Translations under genes and position numbers: made by a program
Assembly: GCA_963710755.1 (NCBI GenBank)
Contig: CAVQBK010000004.1
Location: 177,779-241,778, forward strand
Direction: 5' to 3'
Length of the DNA stretch: 64,000 nucleotides
From: an uncultured bacterium
GTDB lineage: Bacteria > Oederibacteriota > JAAXVQ01 > JAUVAV01
Notes under the pieces: model-generated
Told to the model about the DNA's origin: nothing
Database searches by the model: none
What the model saw: only the letters and a program-made list of their open reading frames with translations
Part shown: in pieces, positions 39,260-49,204 of the stretch
Layout of the letters: every line of letters starts with the position of its first letter
Position numbering within the stretch: the first letter of the stretch is position 1

Positions 39260-40369
39260 ATGTCTTCATTAACTTTGGCGCCTGATCAGGCGCCGGAATT
39301 TATTTATCAGCAATTGGCCGCCGTAACCGCGGCGCAGGTGGAACGGTCCTTGGCCAAGAGTCACTTGGAGCCGCACGATTTGCTCCATCTGTTGGCTCCG
39401 GCAGCAGAGCCCTTTATGGAGTCCATGGCTCAAAAAGCGTTTCATATAACCAGACAACGCTTTGGGGCCACCATGAAGCTCTACGCGCCCCTTTATCTGA
39501 GCAACGTGTGCAGCAACGATTGTATTTATTGCGGTTTCAACCAGCAGCATCATATTGCCCGTCGTACTTTGCGGCTTGAGGAAGTGGAAGAGCAGGCTGC
39601 TTATTTGGCTGATCAGGGGTTTCAAAATATTCTGCTCGTTTCCGGGGAAGCGCCCAAGCTGGTAGCGGTGGACTATCTGGAAGCCTGTGTGCAACGGCTG
39701 CGTCCCCGGTTTCCTGAGGTCGCCATTGAAGTCTATCCTCTGGAAGCGCATGACTATGAACGCCTGGCCAGAGCCGGGCTATACGGCTTGGTCATTTATC
39801 AGGAAACCTACCTGCCGCAAGTCTATGACCAGGTTCACCGGTCGGGCCCCAAAAAAAATTACGCTTTTCGGCTGGCCACTCCTGGCCGGGGAGCGGCTGC
39901 GGGAGTGCGTCAGGTTGGACTGGGCGTGTTGCTGGGATTGACGGACTTCAGGCTGGATGCTTATTATTTGGGACTCCACGCCCGGCAATTGCAAAAGCAT
40001 TATTGGCGCACGGCCTTTGGCCTGTCTTTCCCCCGCATTATTCGGGCTACGGGCAATTTTAAAGCCCCGGCGCCAGTTACAGATAAACAGTTGGTGCAAA
40101 TGGTCACAGCGCTGCGCCTGTTTTTACCGGATGCACCCTTCTCCCTGTCCACACGGGAGGCCGCAGCACTGAGACGGCATTTGCTACCCTTGGGCTTCAC
40201 CCAGATGAGCGCCGGTAGTTGCACGGCGCCCGGCGGCTACGGCCATGAGGACAGCAGCGGCCTGCAATTTGAAGTGGAAGATTCGCGGCCAGTGGCAGAG
40301 GTTGTCGAAGAAGTTAAAGCCCTGGGGCTGGAACCGGTCTGGAAAGATTGGGACGGAGGCTTTGCATGA
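39260..40369 (+). CDS. thiH: 2-iminoacetate synthase (tyrosine lyase)
   Basis: APLYLSNVCSNDCIYCGF, YQETY, SFPRI, LSTRE, SAGSCTAPGGY, VWKDWD; adjacent to thiG. Confidence 0.95.
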   Translation: MSSLTLAPDQAPEFIYQQLAAVTAAQVERSLAKSHLEPHDLLHLLAPAAEPFMESMAQKAFHITRQRFGATMKLYAPLYLSNVCSNDCIYCGFNQQHHIARRTLRLEEVEEQAAYLADQGFQNILLVSGEAPKLVAVDYLEACVQRLRPRFPEVAIEVYPLEAHDYERLARAGLYGLVIYQETYLPQVYDQVHRSGPKKNYAFRLATPGRGAAAGVRQVGLGVLLGLTDFRLDAYYLGLHARQLQKHYWRTAFGLSFPRIIRATGNFKAPAPVTDKQLVQMVTALRLFLPDAPFSLSTREAAALRRHLLPLGFTQMSAGSCTAPGGYGHEDSSGLQFEVEDSRPVAEVVEEVKALGLEPVWKDWDGGFA

Positions 40370-41040
40370 GCAGGCTGGAGAAGCGGCAACAAAAATTTAA
40401 TCACATCGATCTGTATCCTGTTATTACCTCCGAGTTTTGCAAAGGCCGCTCCAGTCTGAGCGTAGCCCAGCAGGCGCTGGAGGGCGGTGTAAAAATTATT
40501 CAATGCCGGGAAAAGGCTATGCCTTTGCGGATGCTGGCCCATTTAGCCCAGGACATGCGGCGCCTGACGGACCGTTATCAAGCTTTGCTGATCATTAATG
40601 ACCATGTGGATCTGGCACTGGCGGTGGAGGCTGACGGCGTTCATTTAGGTCAGGACGATCTGCCCATGGTCATGGCCAGAAAAATTGCGCCTGATCTCCT
40701 GCTTGGTTTGAGCACCCATAACGAGTTGCAAGCCCGGGTTGCACAAACTGAAGGCGCGGACTATATCAATATTGGCCCTCTTTTCCCCACCCAGACCAAA
40801 ACCACTACGGTGACGGCGCTGGGGCTGGACAGGTTAAAGGCTATGATGACCGCGGTGACCCTGCCCGTTACGGTCATGGGCGGTATCAAACAGCATCATT
40901 TGCCGGACCTGGTGGCCATCGGGGCTACCAAGGTGGCTATGGTGACAGAAGTCACCGAAGCTGACCAGGTAACTCAACAGGTACGTGCGCTCCGTCGGCA
41001 ATGGCCATCTGCCCAAGGTGATCATGGTGGAGATGGATAA
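40366..41040 (+). CDS. thiE: Thiamine phosphate synthase
   Basis: IQCREK, IINDHVDLA, GVHLGQDD, GLSTH, FPTQTK, MGGI. Confidence 0.96.
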   Translation: MSRLEKRQQKFNHIDLYPVITSEFCKGRSSLSVAQQALEGGVKIIQCREKAMPLRMLAHLAQDMRRLTDRYQALLIINDHVDLALAVEADGVHLGQDDLPMVMARKIAPDLLLGLSTHNELQARVAQTEGADYINIGPLFPTQTKTTTVTALGLDRLKAMMTAVTLPVTVMGGIKQHHLPDLVAIGATKVAMVTEVTEADQVTQQVRALRRQWPSAQGDHGGDG

Positions 41041-41134
41041 ATGTAGTAGAAGCTAATTTTTTACATCCTGGGCAGGGATTGAGCGCAGATAGGTTGACCA
41101 TAGGGGGATATTGGGGATTCCTGTATTTTATTTG

Positions 41135-41164
41135 TTGACTTGTCCGGGGTTAACCTGATAAAAT
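41135..41164 (+). promoter_or_regulatory. Sigma70 promoter of the rpsF operon
   Basis: TTGACT-N18-TAAAAT followed by a GC-rich discriminator CGCGCCC. Confidence 0.7.
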
Positions 41165-41344
41165 CGCGCCCTAATTTTTAATATGCTGGTTTAGGTGTTT
41201 TCCAGGTCGGAACAAAGGCGGCGCTGGACAGTTGGGCTGCGGCCTGAGCAGGACCAGTGGTTACCTGACACCGGAACATTAAGCTTGACCACAGAAGAAC
41301 CTACGGCGTTTAGTAGCGCACGGATGAGATGGAGGAATCGCGTA

Positions 41345-41788
41345 ATGATGAAACGGCCTTATGAAACCATGTTTTTATTACCCCCGACGATTAATGAAAC
41401 CCAATTGGATGAGTTTGTTGAAAAATCCAAAGAGGCCATTCAACGCAAAGAGGGTGAAGTTAAAGAAGTGCAGCGGATGGGCGTGCGTAAAACCGCCTAC
41501 CAAGTCAATAATTCCAGTACTGCTTATTATGTAATCATCAGATACCATGGTACCGGCGAAACAGTGATGGAACTGGAGCGGTATTTTAAAAATGCCGATG
41601 ATGTTTGGAAATTTTTAACCACCAAAATCAGCGACCGGCCTACTTATGCACCAAAATCAAAATCCAAACTGCGGCGGGAAGAAAACAAAAAATCCAAAAT
41701 GGCCGCAGCTGCGGCGGCTCATGCAGCTGCAGAAAAAACGGCGTCGCCAGCCCCCAGCGTCACCCCTTCCGCCCCAACCAAGGAGTAA
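41345..41788 (+). CDS. rpsF: 30S ribosomal protein S6 with a Lys/Ala/Pro-rich C-terminal tail
   Basis: RPYETMFLL, MGVRKTAYQV, ELERYFK; precedes ssb and rpsR. Confidence 0.93.
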   Translation: MMKRPYETMFLLPPTINETQLDEFVEKSKEAIQRKEGEVKEVQRMGVRKTAYQVNNSSTAYYVIIRYHGTGETVMELERYFKNADDVWKFLTTKISDRPTYAPKSKSKLRREENKKSKMAAAAAAHAAAEKTASPAPSVTPSAPTKE

Positions 41789-41791
41789 GCT

Positions 41792-42211
41792 ATGGCCAAT
41801 TATAACCGCGCCCTGCTTATGGGAAATTTGACCCGTGATCCCGAACTGCGTTATATTCCCAGCGGTGCGGCGGTGGTCACCCTACGTATGGCCATTAACC
41901 GCAATTATAAAAGCCAGTCCGGTGAACAGAAGGAAGAAGTGACCTATGTCAATGTGGTGGTCTGGGGCAAGCAAGCTGAAAATTGCGCTGAATATTTATC
42001 CAAAGGCAGTTCGGTTTTTGTAGAAGGCCGTTTGCAAAGCCGGCAATGGGAGACTGAAGACGGTCAAAAACGTTCGATTTTAGAAGTGGTGGCCGACCGG
42101 GTGCAGTTTTTAGGACGAAAACGCAGCGGTACCGGCGGAGGCGAAGAACCGTCACGCACCGAGGACAGCAGCATGCCTGCTATGGGCACGGATGATGACA
42201 TCCCCTTTTAA
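41792..42211 (+). CDS. ssb: Single-stranded DNA-binding protein
   Basis: GNLTRDPELR, VEGRLQSRQW, C-terminal DDDIPF. Confidence 0.98.
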   Translation: MANYNRALLMGNLTRDPELRYIPSGAAVVTLRMAINRNYKSQSGEQKEEVTYVNVVVWGKQAENCAEYLSKGSSVFVEGRLQSRQWETEDGQKRSILEVVADRVQFLGRKRSGTGGGEEPSRTEDSSMPAMGTDDDIPF

Positions 42212-42303
42212 GGGGATGGTACTTTTTGTAAACCAAAGCCTGGTTATTGCCGCTGCTTGCGCAGTGGCCAGTATTTTTTAGGGTGATCATTAGGAGGATC
42301 AAA

Positions 42304-42564
42304 TTGTCAAAACCACAGCCATTGAAAACCAAACCGAGAGAGCAAAGAAGACGTCGCCCCCATCGCAAGAGCTGCCGCTTCTGCGCCGATAAAATCCTGA
42401 CCATCAACTACAAGGACCTTGATCGCATCAAGAATTATTTGAGCGACCGGGGAAAAATCGTGCCACGCCGCATCAGCGGCAATTGTGCCAAGCACCAGCG
42501 GGCATTGACGGTTGCCATCAAACGGGCACGTGCTTTGGCCTTGATGCCCTATATTGCCGAATAA
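42304..42564 (+). CDS. rpsR: 30S ribosomal protein S18 (zinc-binding form)
   Basis: [32 protein letters not shown]; AGGAGG before a TTG start. Confidence 0.97.
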   Translation: MSKPQPLKTKPREQRRRRPHRKSCRFCADKILTINYKDLDRIKNYLSDRGKIVPRRISGNCAKHQRALTVAIKRARALALMPYIAE

Positions 42565-42598
42565 GCGCACACATGCGTAACGGCTGGGCAAACCGGTA

Positions 42599-43342
42599 AT
42601 GAGCCAGGCAGCAGGGACTCTTATATTACTGGTGGTTTTGGCCTTATTGGCCAACCGCATGATTGGACTGGGACTAAGGAAAAATTGGCCGCCAGCACGT
42701 TTGTTGGCGACCACCACCCTGGCGATTCTGGCCCTGGTCATGCTCAGCAGCTTCATCGCAGACCAACGCGCCCATCGTCCCTGGATGCAACAGTGGAATC
42801 AGGCTTTTGACCGTAACCTCAAGGCTACCTATGCGGTATACGAAGAATTAGGCTGGAAAAGATCCGAATTGGAACAAGCCGGGCAGTTGGTCCGGATTTT
42901 TTTTAAAGATGCTGTCTGGGCCTGGACGGGCACGCTGATCGGTTTATTGGTGCTTCTAAGTTATTATTTACAACGGCGGTTACGGCCAATCCTGGCCATG
43001 GCCAGCCGACCTTTGGCGACGATCGAACAGTGGAAATTGCCCTTGGGTTGGATATGGTTGACAATACTGGCTTGTTTATTTATTGTGATAGGAACACGTT
43101 GGCCGAATTGGAACAGCCTGTTTTTAATCGGGATCAACCTGGCTGTGGGATTGATGCAACTTTATGGCTTGGTGGGTTTGGGCATCGTGTTTCATTTTAT
43201 TAATCGTAAACAATGGCCGCAAATCACCAAGCTTATGGTGATCTTGCTGATTGGGCTTTTACCCATGATCATGGGTGCTGTAATCTTTCTGGGCCTCTCC
43301 GATACCTGGTGGGATTGGCGTCGGCCTGCGAAAAGCGCTTGA
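42599..43342 (+). CDS. YybS/DUF2232-like membrane protein
   Basis: Multi-TM; WKLP and GLSDTWWDWR motifs; usual position between rpsR and rplI. Confidence 0.8.
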   Translation: MSQAAGTLILLVVLALLANRMIGLGLRKNWPPARLLATTTLAILALVMLSSFIADQRAHRPWMQQWNQAFDRNLKATYAVYEELGWKRSELEQAGQLVRIFFKDAVWAWTGTLIGLLVLLSYYLQRRLRPILAMASRPLATIEQWKLPLGWIWLTILACLFIVIGTRWPNWNSLFLIGINLAVGLMQLYGLVGLGIVFHFINRKQWPQITKLMVILLIGLLPMIMGAVIFLGLSDTWWDWRRPAKSA

Positions 43343-43500
43343 GGGGTCGCGGAGGACGATCATTCAGCCATTTGAAATACCAATCTTAATCCATGGCCGC
43401 CAAGGTTCGTGGTGCGGCAAGGAAATGCTTTTTCTAGGCGATAAATTTTTCTGTCCCCAAGAAAGAAAAGTTGATCAGAAGATCAGGAGGATATACTTCG

Positions 43501-44091
43501 ATGGAAGTTATTTTAAAAGAAGACGTACAAAAACTCGGACGCGCCGGCGATCAAGTTAAAGTGGCTGATGGTTATGGCCGCAATTTCTTACTACCCAAAA
43601 AAATGGCTGTTTTAGCTACGCCGGAGAACAAAAAACGATTGGAACAGGAATTAAACAGCAAGAAAGGCCAAGCCAAACGTATGATGATGGATGCGCGCTA
43701 TTTGGCTCAAAGCATCGAGGTCCAACCGATCATAATCAAGATGGCTGCAGGGGAAGGCGGTAAATTATTTGGCGCCGTCACGTCCACGGATATTGAAAAA
43801 GCTTTGGCGCAGCGTGACATTACTGTTGACAAACGCAAGATCGAATTGGAAGAACCGTTGAAACAATTGGGGCAATTCGAAGTGGCCATTAAAATTCATC
43901 CCGACGTCACGGCCAAACTGACCGTGCTGGTGGAGGATGAACATAAAAAGAGCGAGCCCGCCCCGGTTGCCAAGGAAGAACCTGTGGCCGCTGAACCTGC
44001 AACAACTAAGCAAGTTCAGACCCAGGAAGAACCAGCAACGATCGGTGCGGACCTTGCCGATGATCAATCTCAGGACCAGCCATCGGCATAA
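43501..44091 (+). CDS. rplI: 50S ribosomal protein L9 with an acidic C-terminal extension
   Basis: MEVILKEDV, VADGYGRNFLLP, GKLFGAVT, IKIHPDV; AGGAGG RBS. Confidence 0.97.
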   Translation: MEVILKEDVQKLGRAGDQVKVADGYGRNFLLPKKMAVLATPENKKRLEQELNSKKGQAKRMMMDARYLAQSIEVQPIIIKMAAGEGGKLFGAVTSTDIEKALAQRDITVDKRKIELEEPLKQLGQFEVAIKIHPDVTAKLTVLVEDEHKKSEPAPVAKEEPVAAEPATTKQVQTQEEPATIGADLADDQSQDQPSA

Positions 44092-44168
44092 AGTGAATGC
44101 TCATCCTTTTTGCAAATGGCCAGACTGAGGGTGGTTAACGGATTTTGACTTATCAAACAGAGGCTGCC

Positions 44169-45527
44169 ATGGATCGTTCCACATTGACATCACCTGAAAA
44201 GATCCCGCCCCAAAATATCGAGGCTGAGCGGTCCACCTTGGGGGCCATGCTGCTTGATCAGGAAGCCATTGCCCGCGTTCTGGAAATACTCAGAGAAGAT
44301 GCTTTTTATCAGGAAGCCCACCGTCTCATCTTCAAAGCTGTTTTAGCGCTCTATGACCGCAATGAACCGATCGACTTTATTACCCTAACCGACTGGCTAT
44401 CCCGGACAGGAGAGTTGGAAAAGATCGGGGGCGCGGCTTATATCACCTCTTTAACAGACAGTGTGCCCACCACCGCCCATGCCGAGTATTATGCCCGCAT
44501 TGTCAAAGAAAAATACCTGCTGCGCAGTCTTATTCGCAGTTCCACCCATGTCATTCAACGCTGTTATGCCGAAGGCGAACAAGCCGATCAACTCCTGGAT
44601 CAGGCGGAGAAAGCCATCTTCGAACTTTCCCAAGACCGCCAGCGGGGCAGTATTCTGCATGTGCGCGACATTATTCACGACGCTATGGAAATGGTGGAAA
44701 ATCTCTCCAAACATGAAGGCCATATCACCGGGGTTTCCACCGGGTTTCCGGAACTGGACAGCATGACCTCCGGATTGCAACCGGGAGAATTGGTGATTTT
44801 AGCCGCCCGGCCGTCCATGGGAAAAACCGCCTTTGCCCTGAATATTGCCGGTAATGCCGCGCTGGAAACCAAAGTGCCGGTGGCGATTTTCTCCTTGGAA
44901 ATGAGTTCCGAAGCGCTGGTAACACGTATGCTTTGTTCCGAAGCCAGGGTGAATTTGGCGCACGTGCGTCGCGGGTATTTGAATGAAGGGGATCTGGGGC
45001 ACCTATCCATGGCCGCCGGCCGCCTCTTTGATGCCGGCATTTTCATCGATGATTCGGCGGCCATGAATGTGCTGGAGATTCGTTCCAAAGCCCGGCGTCT
45101 GAAGGCGGAGCAAAACATCGGCCTTATTGTAATAGACTATATTCAAATGATGAGCGCCGTAGGCCGCAATGACAACCGCCAGCAGGAAATTGCGGCGATT
45201 TCCCGTTCTCTTAAAGGTTTGGCCAAGGAATTGCGCCTGCCCGTGCTGGTGCTTTCCCAGCTCTCCCGTGCGGCTGAAACCAGAAGCGACCGCCGGCCCA
45301 TGCTCTCCGATTTGCGCGAATCGGGTGCCATTGAACAAGACGCCGATTTGGTGATGTTCATCTATCGTGAAGCCTATTATGAAAAAGAAAAAAAAGACGA
45401 CCGCACCTCGGAAATCATCATTGCCAAACAGCGTAATGGCCCCACGGGAACAGTCCAATTGATTTTCAATCACGAATATACGCGCTTTGACAGTGCCGCG
45501 TTGCGGCTGCCTGGAGGCGCGGCATGA
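44169..45527 (+). CDS. dnaB: Replicative DNA helicase (no intein)
   Basis: PPQNIEAE, AARPSMGKT, IDYIQ, LSQLSR, DLRESGAIEQDAD, KQRNGPTG. Confidence 0.98.
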   Translation: MDRSTLTSPEKIPPQNIEAERSTLGAMLLDQEAIARVLEILREDAFYQEAHRLIFKAVLALYDRNEPIDFITLTDWLSRTGELEKIGGAAYITSLTDSVPTTAHAEYYARIVKEKYLLRSLIRSSTHVIQRCYAEGEQADQLLDQAEKAIFELSQDRQRGSILHVRDIIHDAMEMVENLSKHEGHITGVSTGFPELDSMTSGLQPGELVILAARPSMGKTAFALNIAGNAALETKVPVAIFSLEMSSEALVTRMLCSEARVNLAHVRRGYLNEGDLGHLSMAAGRLFDAGIFIDDSAAMNVLEIRSKARRLKAEQNIGLIVIDYIQMMSAVGRNDNRQQEIAAISRSLKGLAKELRLPVLVLSQLSRAAETRSDRRPMLSDLRESGAIEQDADLVMFIYREAYYEKEKKDDRTSEIIIAKQRNGPTGTVQLIFNHEYTRFDSAALRLPGGAA

Positions 45528-46666
45528 AAAAGCTAGTCTATGGCCGGCCGACTTGGGTAACAGTGGATCTGGACGCCCTCACCTGGAATATGCAGGAAGT
45601 ACGGCGCCTGATCGGGCCCGATAAGAAATGTTGTGCCGTGGTCAAAGCTGATGCCTATGGTCACGGCCTGGTGGCTTGCGCCAAACAATTTTTAAAAGCA
45701 GGTGCGGACATGTTGGGTGTGGCTACGGTGGAAGAAGGGGCCCAGTTGCGCAGTGCCGGCCTTACGGCGCCAGTGCTTTTATTCGGGATCAATCAGCCCC
45801 ATGAAGCCGAGGCTGCGGTGGAGCTTCACTTGGAAGCCACGGTTATCTCTTTTACTCAAGCGCGCTTGTTAAACCAAGCTGCGGAAAAGTGTCATAAAAA
45901 GGCCAACCTCCATCTTAAAGTGGACACGGGCATGGGACGGCTTGGACTTAACCCACCGGAAGTATTGGTCCTGTTGGACCAGATGAAAGCCTTGAAACAG
46001 GTTTGCGTCAAAGGGGTCTACACTCATTTTGCCCATGCCGATGGGTGTGATAAAAAACTTCTGGACACCCAGGTCTCGCTGCTCAAGGAAACAGTGCAGT
46101 CCATGAAAAACATGGGCCATAACGATCTGATCGTCCATGCTGCCAATTCAGCGGCGGTCATTGAATCCCGGCATGCCTATTTTGATATGGTGCGCCCAGG
46201 GCTGATGCTCTACGGGTTGTATCCCTTTTCTCCTGCCAACCGCAAGGTTAATTTAAAACCGGCCTTAAGCTGGACCACTACCATCATTCAATTAAAAGAT
46301 GTGCCGGAAGGTGTGGGGTTGTCCTATGGCCACACCTATGTTACCACCAGGCCCACCAAGGTGGCCACCTTGCCGGTAGGCTATGCTGATGGTTTTAGTC
46401 GGCTCTTGTCCAATCAGGGTGAGGTGTTGGTGCGTGGCCAACGCTGCCCGATAATCGGACGGGTGTGCATGGACATGTGTCTGGTGGATGTGACCACGGT
46501 GGCTGAAGTTAAAACAGGTGACGAAGTGATTCTTTTAGGCAGGCAAGGCCGGCAGGAAGTCAGTGCCGAGATGATGGCCGAGAAGCGGGATACCATTTCT
46601 TATGAAGTGGTGTGCACCATTGGCAAGCGTGTGCCCCGGCATTATTTGGAGGGGCTGAGGCCATGA
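45524..46666 (+). CDS. alr: Alanine racemase
   Basis: AVVKADAYGHG, HLKVDTGMGRLG, HAANS, VRPG, GYADG, GRVCMD, TISYEV. Confidence 0.98.
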   Translation: MKKLVYGRPTWVTVDLDALTWNMQEVRRLIGPDKKCCAVVKADAYGHGLVACAKQFLKAGADMLGVATVEEGAQLRSAGLTAPVLLFGINQPHEAEAAVELHLEATVISFTQARLLNQAAEKCHKKANLHLKVDTGMGRLGLNPPEVLVLLDQMKALKQVCVKGVYTHFAHADGCDKKLLDTQVSLLKETVQSMKNMGHNDLIVHAANSAAVIESRHAYFDMVRPGLMLYGLYPFSPANRKVNLKPALSWTTTIIQLKDVPEGVGLSYGHTYVTTRPTKVATLPVGYADGFSRLLSNQGEVLVRGQRCPIIGRVCMDMCLVDVTTVAEVKTGDEVILLGRQGRQEVSAEMMAEKRDTISYEVVCTIGKRVPRHYLEGLRP

Positions 46667-47490
46667 ACAAACGTTCACTTATGGTTATCAAATCCGTCAA
46701 CAATTTTACCGATTTTCTGCAAACCCTGATGGTGGAGACGGGACGATTGTTTTTATTGCTGGGCAGCCTAATCCGCAAATCTTATTACCTCATGCTCCAT
46801 CCCCGGTATTTTTTAGAATATTATTGGGAATTGCTGCTCGATCAAATGGTGCGGGTGGGGGTTAATTCCATTCCCGTGGTGGCCACCACGGCCTTGTTTA
46901 CGGGCATGGTATTGGCGGTACAGACGGGGGTTACGCTGGAGGCAAAAATCCAGGGCTCGTCCATCTTTGTGGGCAATATCGTGAATTTGTCACTGGTCCG
47001 GGAATTGGGTCCGGTGCTTACCGCCATATTGGTGACCGGCCGTATTGGGTCAGCCATGGCTGCTGAGATTGGGTCCATGAAAATCACGGAACAAATTGAT
47101 GCCCTGCGCACACTGGCCACGGACCCCATTGAATATATTGGCGTGCCCCGTTTTTTGGCGGTCATCGTCATGATTCCCATGTTAACCATCATGGCCAATG
47201 TGCTCGGCTCCATCGGCGGTTGGATTGTCGCCACCTTTCATTTGGGCATCAGCTCCACGATCTATTGGGAGGGCGCCCAAGCCACCCTGGAAATGGGGGA
47301 CGTTATTTCCGGGCTGTCGAAAAGTTTTTTCTTCGCCGTGATCCTGGCTATTTTTGCGCTTTACCGTGGATTTCAAACCACCGGAGGCGCGGTGGGGGTG
47401 GGCAAGGCCACCACCAATGCTGTGGTCAATGCCTCCATCACCATTCTTATTGCTGATTATTTTTTAACGCAGCTGTACGCCCTTTTTTAG
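46663..47490 (+). CDS. mlaE: MlaE family lipid ABC transporter permease
   Basis: RELGPVLTA, GSAMAAEIGSMKITEQIDAL, GGAVGVGKATT. Confidence 0.95.
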   Translation: MNKRSLMVIKSVNNFTDFLQTLMVETGRLFLLLGSLIRKSYYLMLHPRYFLEYYWELLLDQMVRVGVNSIPVVATTALFTGMVLAVQTGVTLEAKIQGSSIFVGNIVNLSLVRELGPVLTAILVTGRIGSAMAAEIGSMKITEQIDALRTLATDPIEYIGVPRFLAVIVMIPMLTIMANVLGSIGGWIVATFHLGISSTIYWEGAQATLEMGDVISGLSKSFFFAVILAIFALYRGFQTTGGAVGVGKATTNAVVNASITILIADYFLTQLYALF

Positions 47491-47497
47491 AGTCTCT

Positions 47498-47536
47498 GTC
47501 TGAATTATCTACGCGCGACGTGTAGATAATTCAGAC
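47498..47536. repeat. 18-bp intergenic hairpin between mlaE and mlaF
   Basis: GTCTGAATTATCTACGCG-CGA-CGTGTAGATAATTCAGAC (one G-U pair); no U-tract. Confidence 0.75.
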
Positions 47537-47576
47537 TAGAGCCTCTTATCCAGCTTTGCTGGGTTAGGAGACGCCC

Positions 47577-48323
47577 GTGATTGAACTCAGAAATATATAT
47601 AAGAGTTTTAGCGGCAAGCATGTCTTGCGAGGGGTCAACCTGACCATTGAGGCCGGGGAAACCATGGTGATCATCGGCCGTTCCGGGGAGGGCAAAAGCG
47701 TTCTTTTAAAGCACTTGATTAATTTGATGGAGCCTGACCGTGGGGAAATTTATTTCAATGGCCAGGCGATTTTAAGCGCCAGCGAAAAGGAAAAAGAGAT
47801 TTATCGGCGTCACTTCGGTATGCTTTTTCAAGGCTCGGCGCTGTTTGATTCGCTGGATGTGGCGGAGAATGTTTATTTTGGGCTGCGCAGAATCAAGGAA
47901 TTGAGCAATAAAGAGCTGTTTCAGATTGCCAAAGAAAAGCTGGCGCTGGTGGGATTGAAAGACATTGAAGCGTTATCACCCTCTGAATTATCGGGAGGCA
48001 TGAAAAAACGGGTGGCTCTGGCCCGTGTTATTGCCATGAACCCTTCCGTGATCTTATATGATGAACCTACGACCGGGATAGATCCCATCATGGCTGATGC
48101 TATTAATGATTTAATTATTTCCCTGCAAGAAAAATTAAAAGTGACCTCGGTGGTGGTTACCCATGATATGACCAGCGCCTACAAAGTGGCCGACCGCATG
48201 GCCATGCTCCATGAAGGAAAGATTATCGAAGTGGGAAGCGCGGCGGCCTTTAAACGCTCGACCAATCCCTATATCAAACAATTTGTAAAAGGGTCTGCCA
48301 AAGGACCTATACACCTTGTATAG
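47577..48323 (+). CDS. mlaF: MlaF family ABC transporter ATPase
   Basis: GRSGEGKS, FQGSALFDSL, ELSGGMKKRVALAR, YDEPTTG. Confidence 0.95.
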   Translation: MIELRNIYKSFSGKHVLRGVNLTIEAGETMVIIGRSGEGKSVLLKHLINLMEPDRGEIYFNGQAILSASEKEKEIYRRHFGMLFQGSALFDSLDVAENVYFGLRRIKELSNKELFQIAKEKLALVGLKDIEALSPSELSGGMKKRVALARVIAMNPSVILYDEPTTGIDPIMADAINDLIISLQEKLKVTSVVVTHDMTSAYKVADRMAMLHEGKIIEVGSAAAFKRSTNPYIKQFVKGSAKGPIHLV

Positions 48324-48333
48324 GAGATAACTC

Positions 48334-49200
48334 ATGCCAACTTCACAGAGAAAGCAATTGGAATTAAAGGTTGGAATCACGGTGGCCATTGCGCTATTGC
48401 TGTTGGCGCTGACCATCTTTACAGTGGAAAAATTTCATTTTGGGCAAGCCGGGTACCCTATTGAAGTGGCCTTCGGATTTGTGGATGCCATTAAACCGCA
48501 ATCGGACGTCGTGATTGGGGGTGGTGTTAAAATCGGCCGGGTGGAGGATATCCATGTGGCCGGCGACCAGGTGATTTTAAAAGTTATATTAGATAAAAAG
48601 GTCAGGCTGCCCTTGTCCGCCAAATTCCAGATCTTATCCAAAGGGGTGATGGGGGATAAATACCTCAATGTGGAAGCGAAAGCAGACAACGGCCCGTATA
48701 TCCAACCAGGACAATTGGTGCAGGGTGTAGAACCCAACAATCTGGATAGCGCTTTTGCCCAGCTGGGGCAGGTGGCCGATTCCCTGAAAAAACTCCTGGG
48801 CAATGCACAGATGGCCGGTTCCATTTCCGGATTGGTTAAAAACATCAGCGACTTGGCCGGCCGTCTGGACGGGATCGTAGAACGTAATGAAAAAAATATC
48901 GATCGTGGCATTCGGAATATTTCCAGCGCCGCCGGCACCATCAACAGTTTCTCCAAGGATATTGAAAAAATCACCCGCAGCTTGGATCAGGTGCTTTCCA
49001 CTAAAAATGTGGAGAGTCTTGGGAGCATCATTACCAACCTGGACCAATTGAGCAAGCGTTTGGATGAACAGATGAGGCAAGTGGAAGCGTCCAAAGGCAC
49101 ACTGGGCGCATTGCTCAATGACCAGAAAATGGCCAATGAGTTAAAGGCCCTGGTTAAGGATGTTAAAGACCATCCCTGGAAATTGCTATGGAAACAATGA
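48334..49200 (+). CDS. mlaD: MlaD/MCE family protein with a helical C-terminus
   Basis: N-terminal TM helix, GVKIGRV, GVMGDKYL, GTLGALLND, HPWKLL. Confidence 0.92.
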   Translation: MPTSQRKQLELKVGITVAIALLLLALTIFTVEKFHFGQAGYPIEVAFGFVDAIKPQSDVVIGGGVKIGRVEDIHVAGDQVILKVILDKKVRLPLSAKFQILSKGVMGDKYLNVEAKADNGPYIQPGQLVQGVEPNNLDSAFAQLGQVADSLKKLLGNAQMAGSISGLVKNISDLAGRLDGIVERNEKNIDRGIRNISSAAGTINSFSKDIEKITRSLDQVLSTKNVESLGSIITNLDQLSKRLDEQMRQVEASKGTLGALLNDQKMANELKALVKDVKDHPWKLLWKQ

Positions 49201-49204
49201 GCTT

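Noticed and set aside
41202-41225. SRP (4.5S) RNA suggested by CCAGGTCGGAA
   Set aside because: Bases flanking GGAA do not pair and the conserved AGCAG is missing
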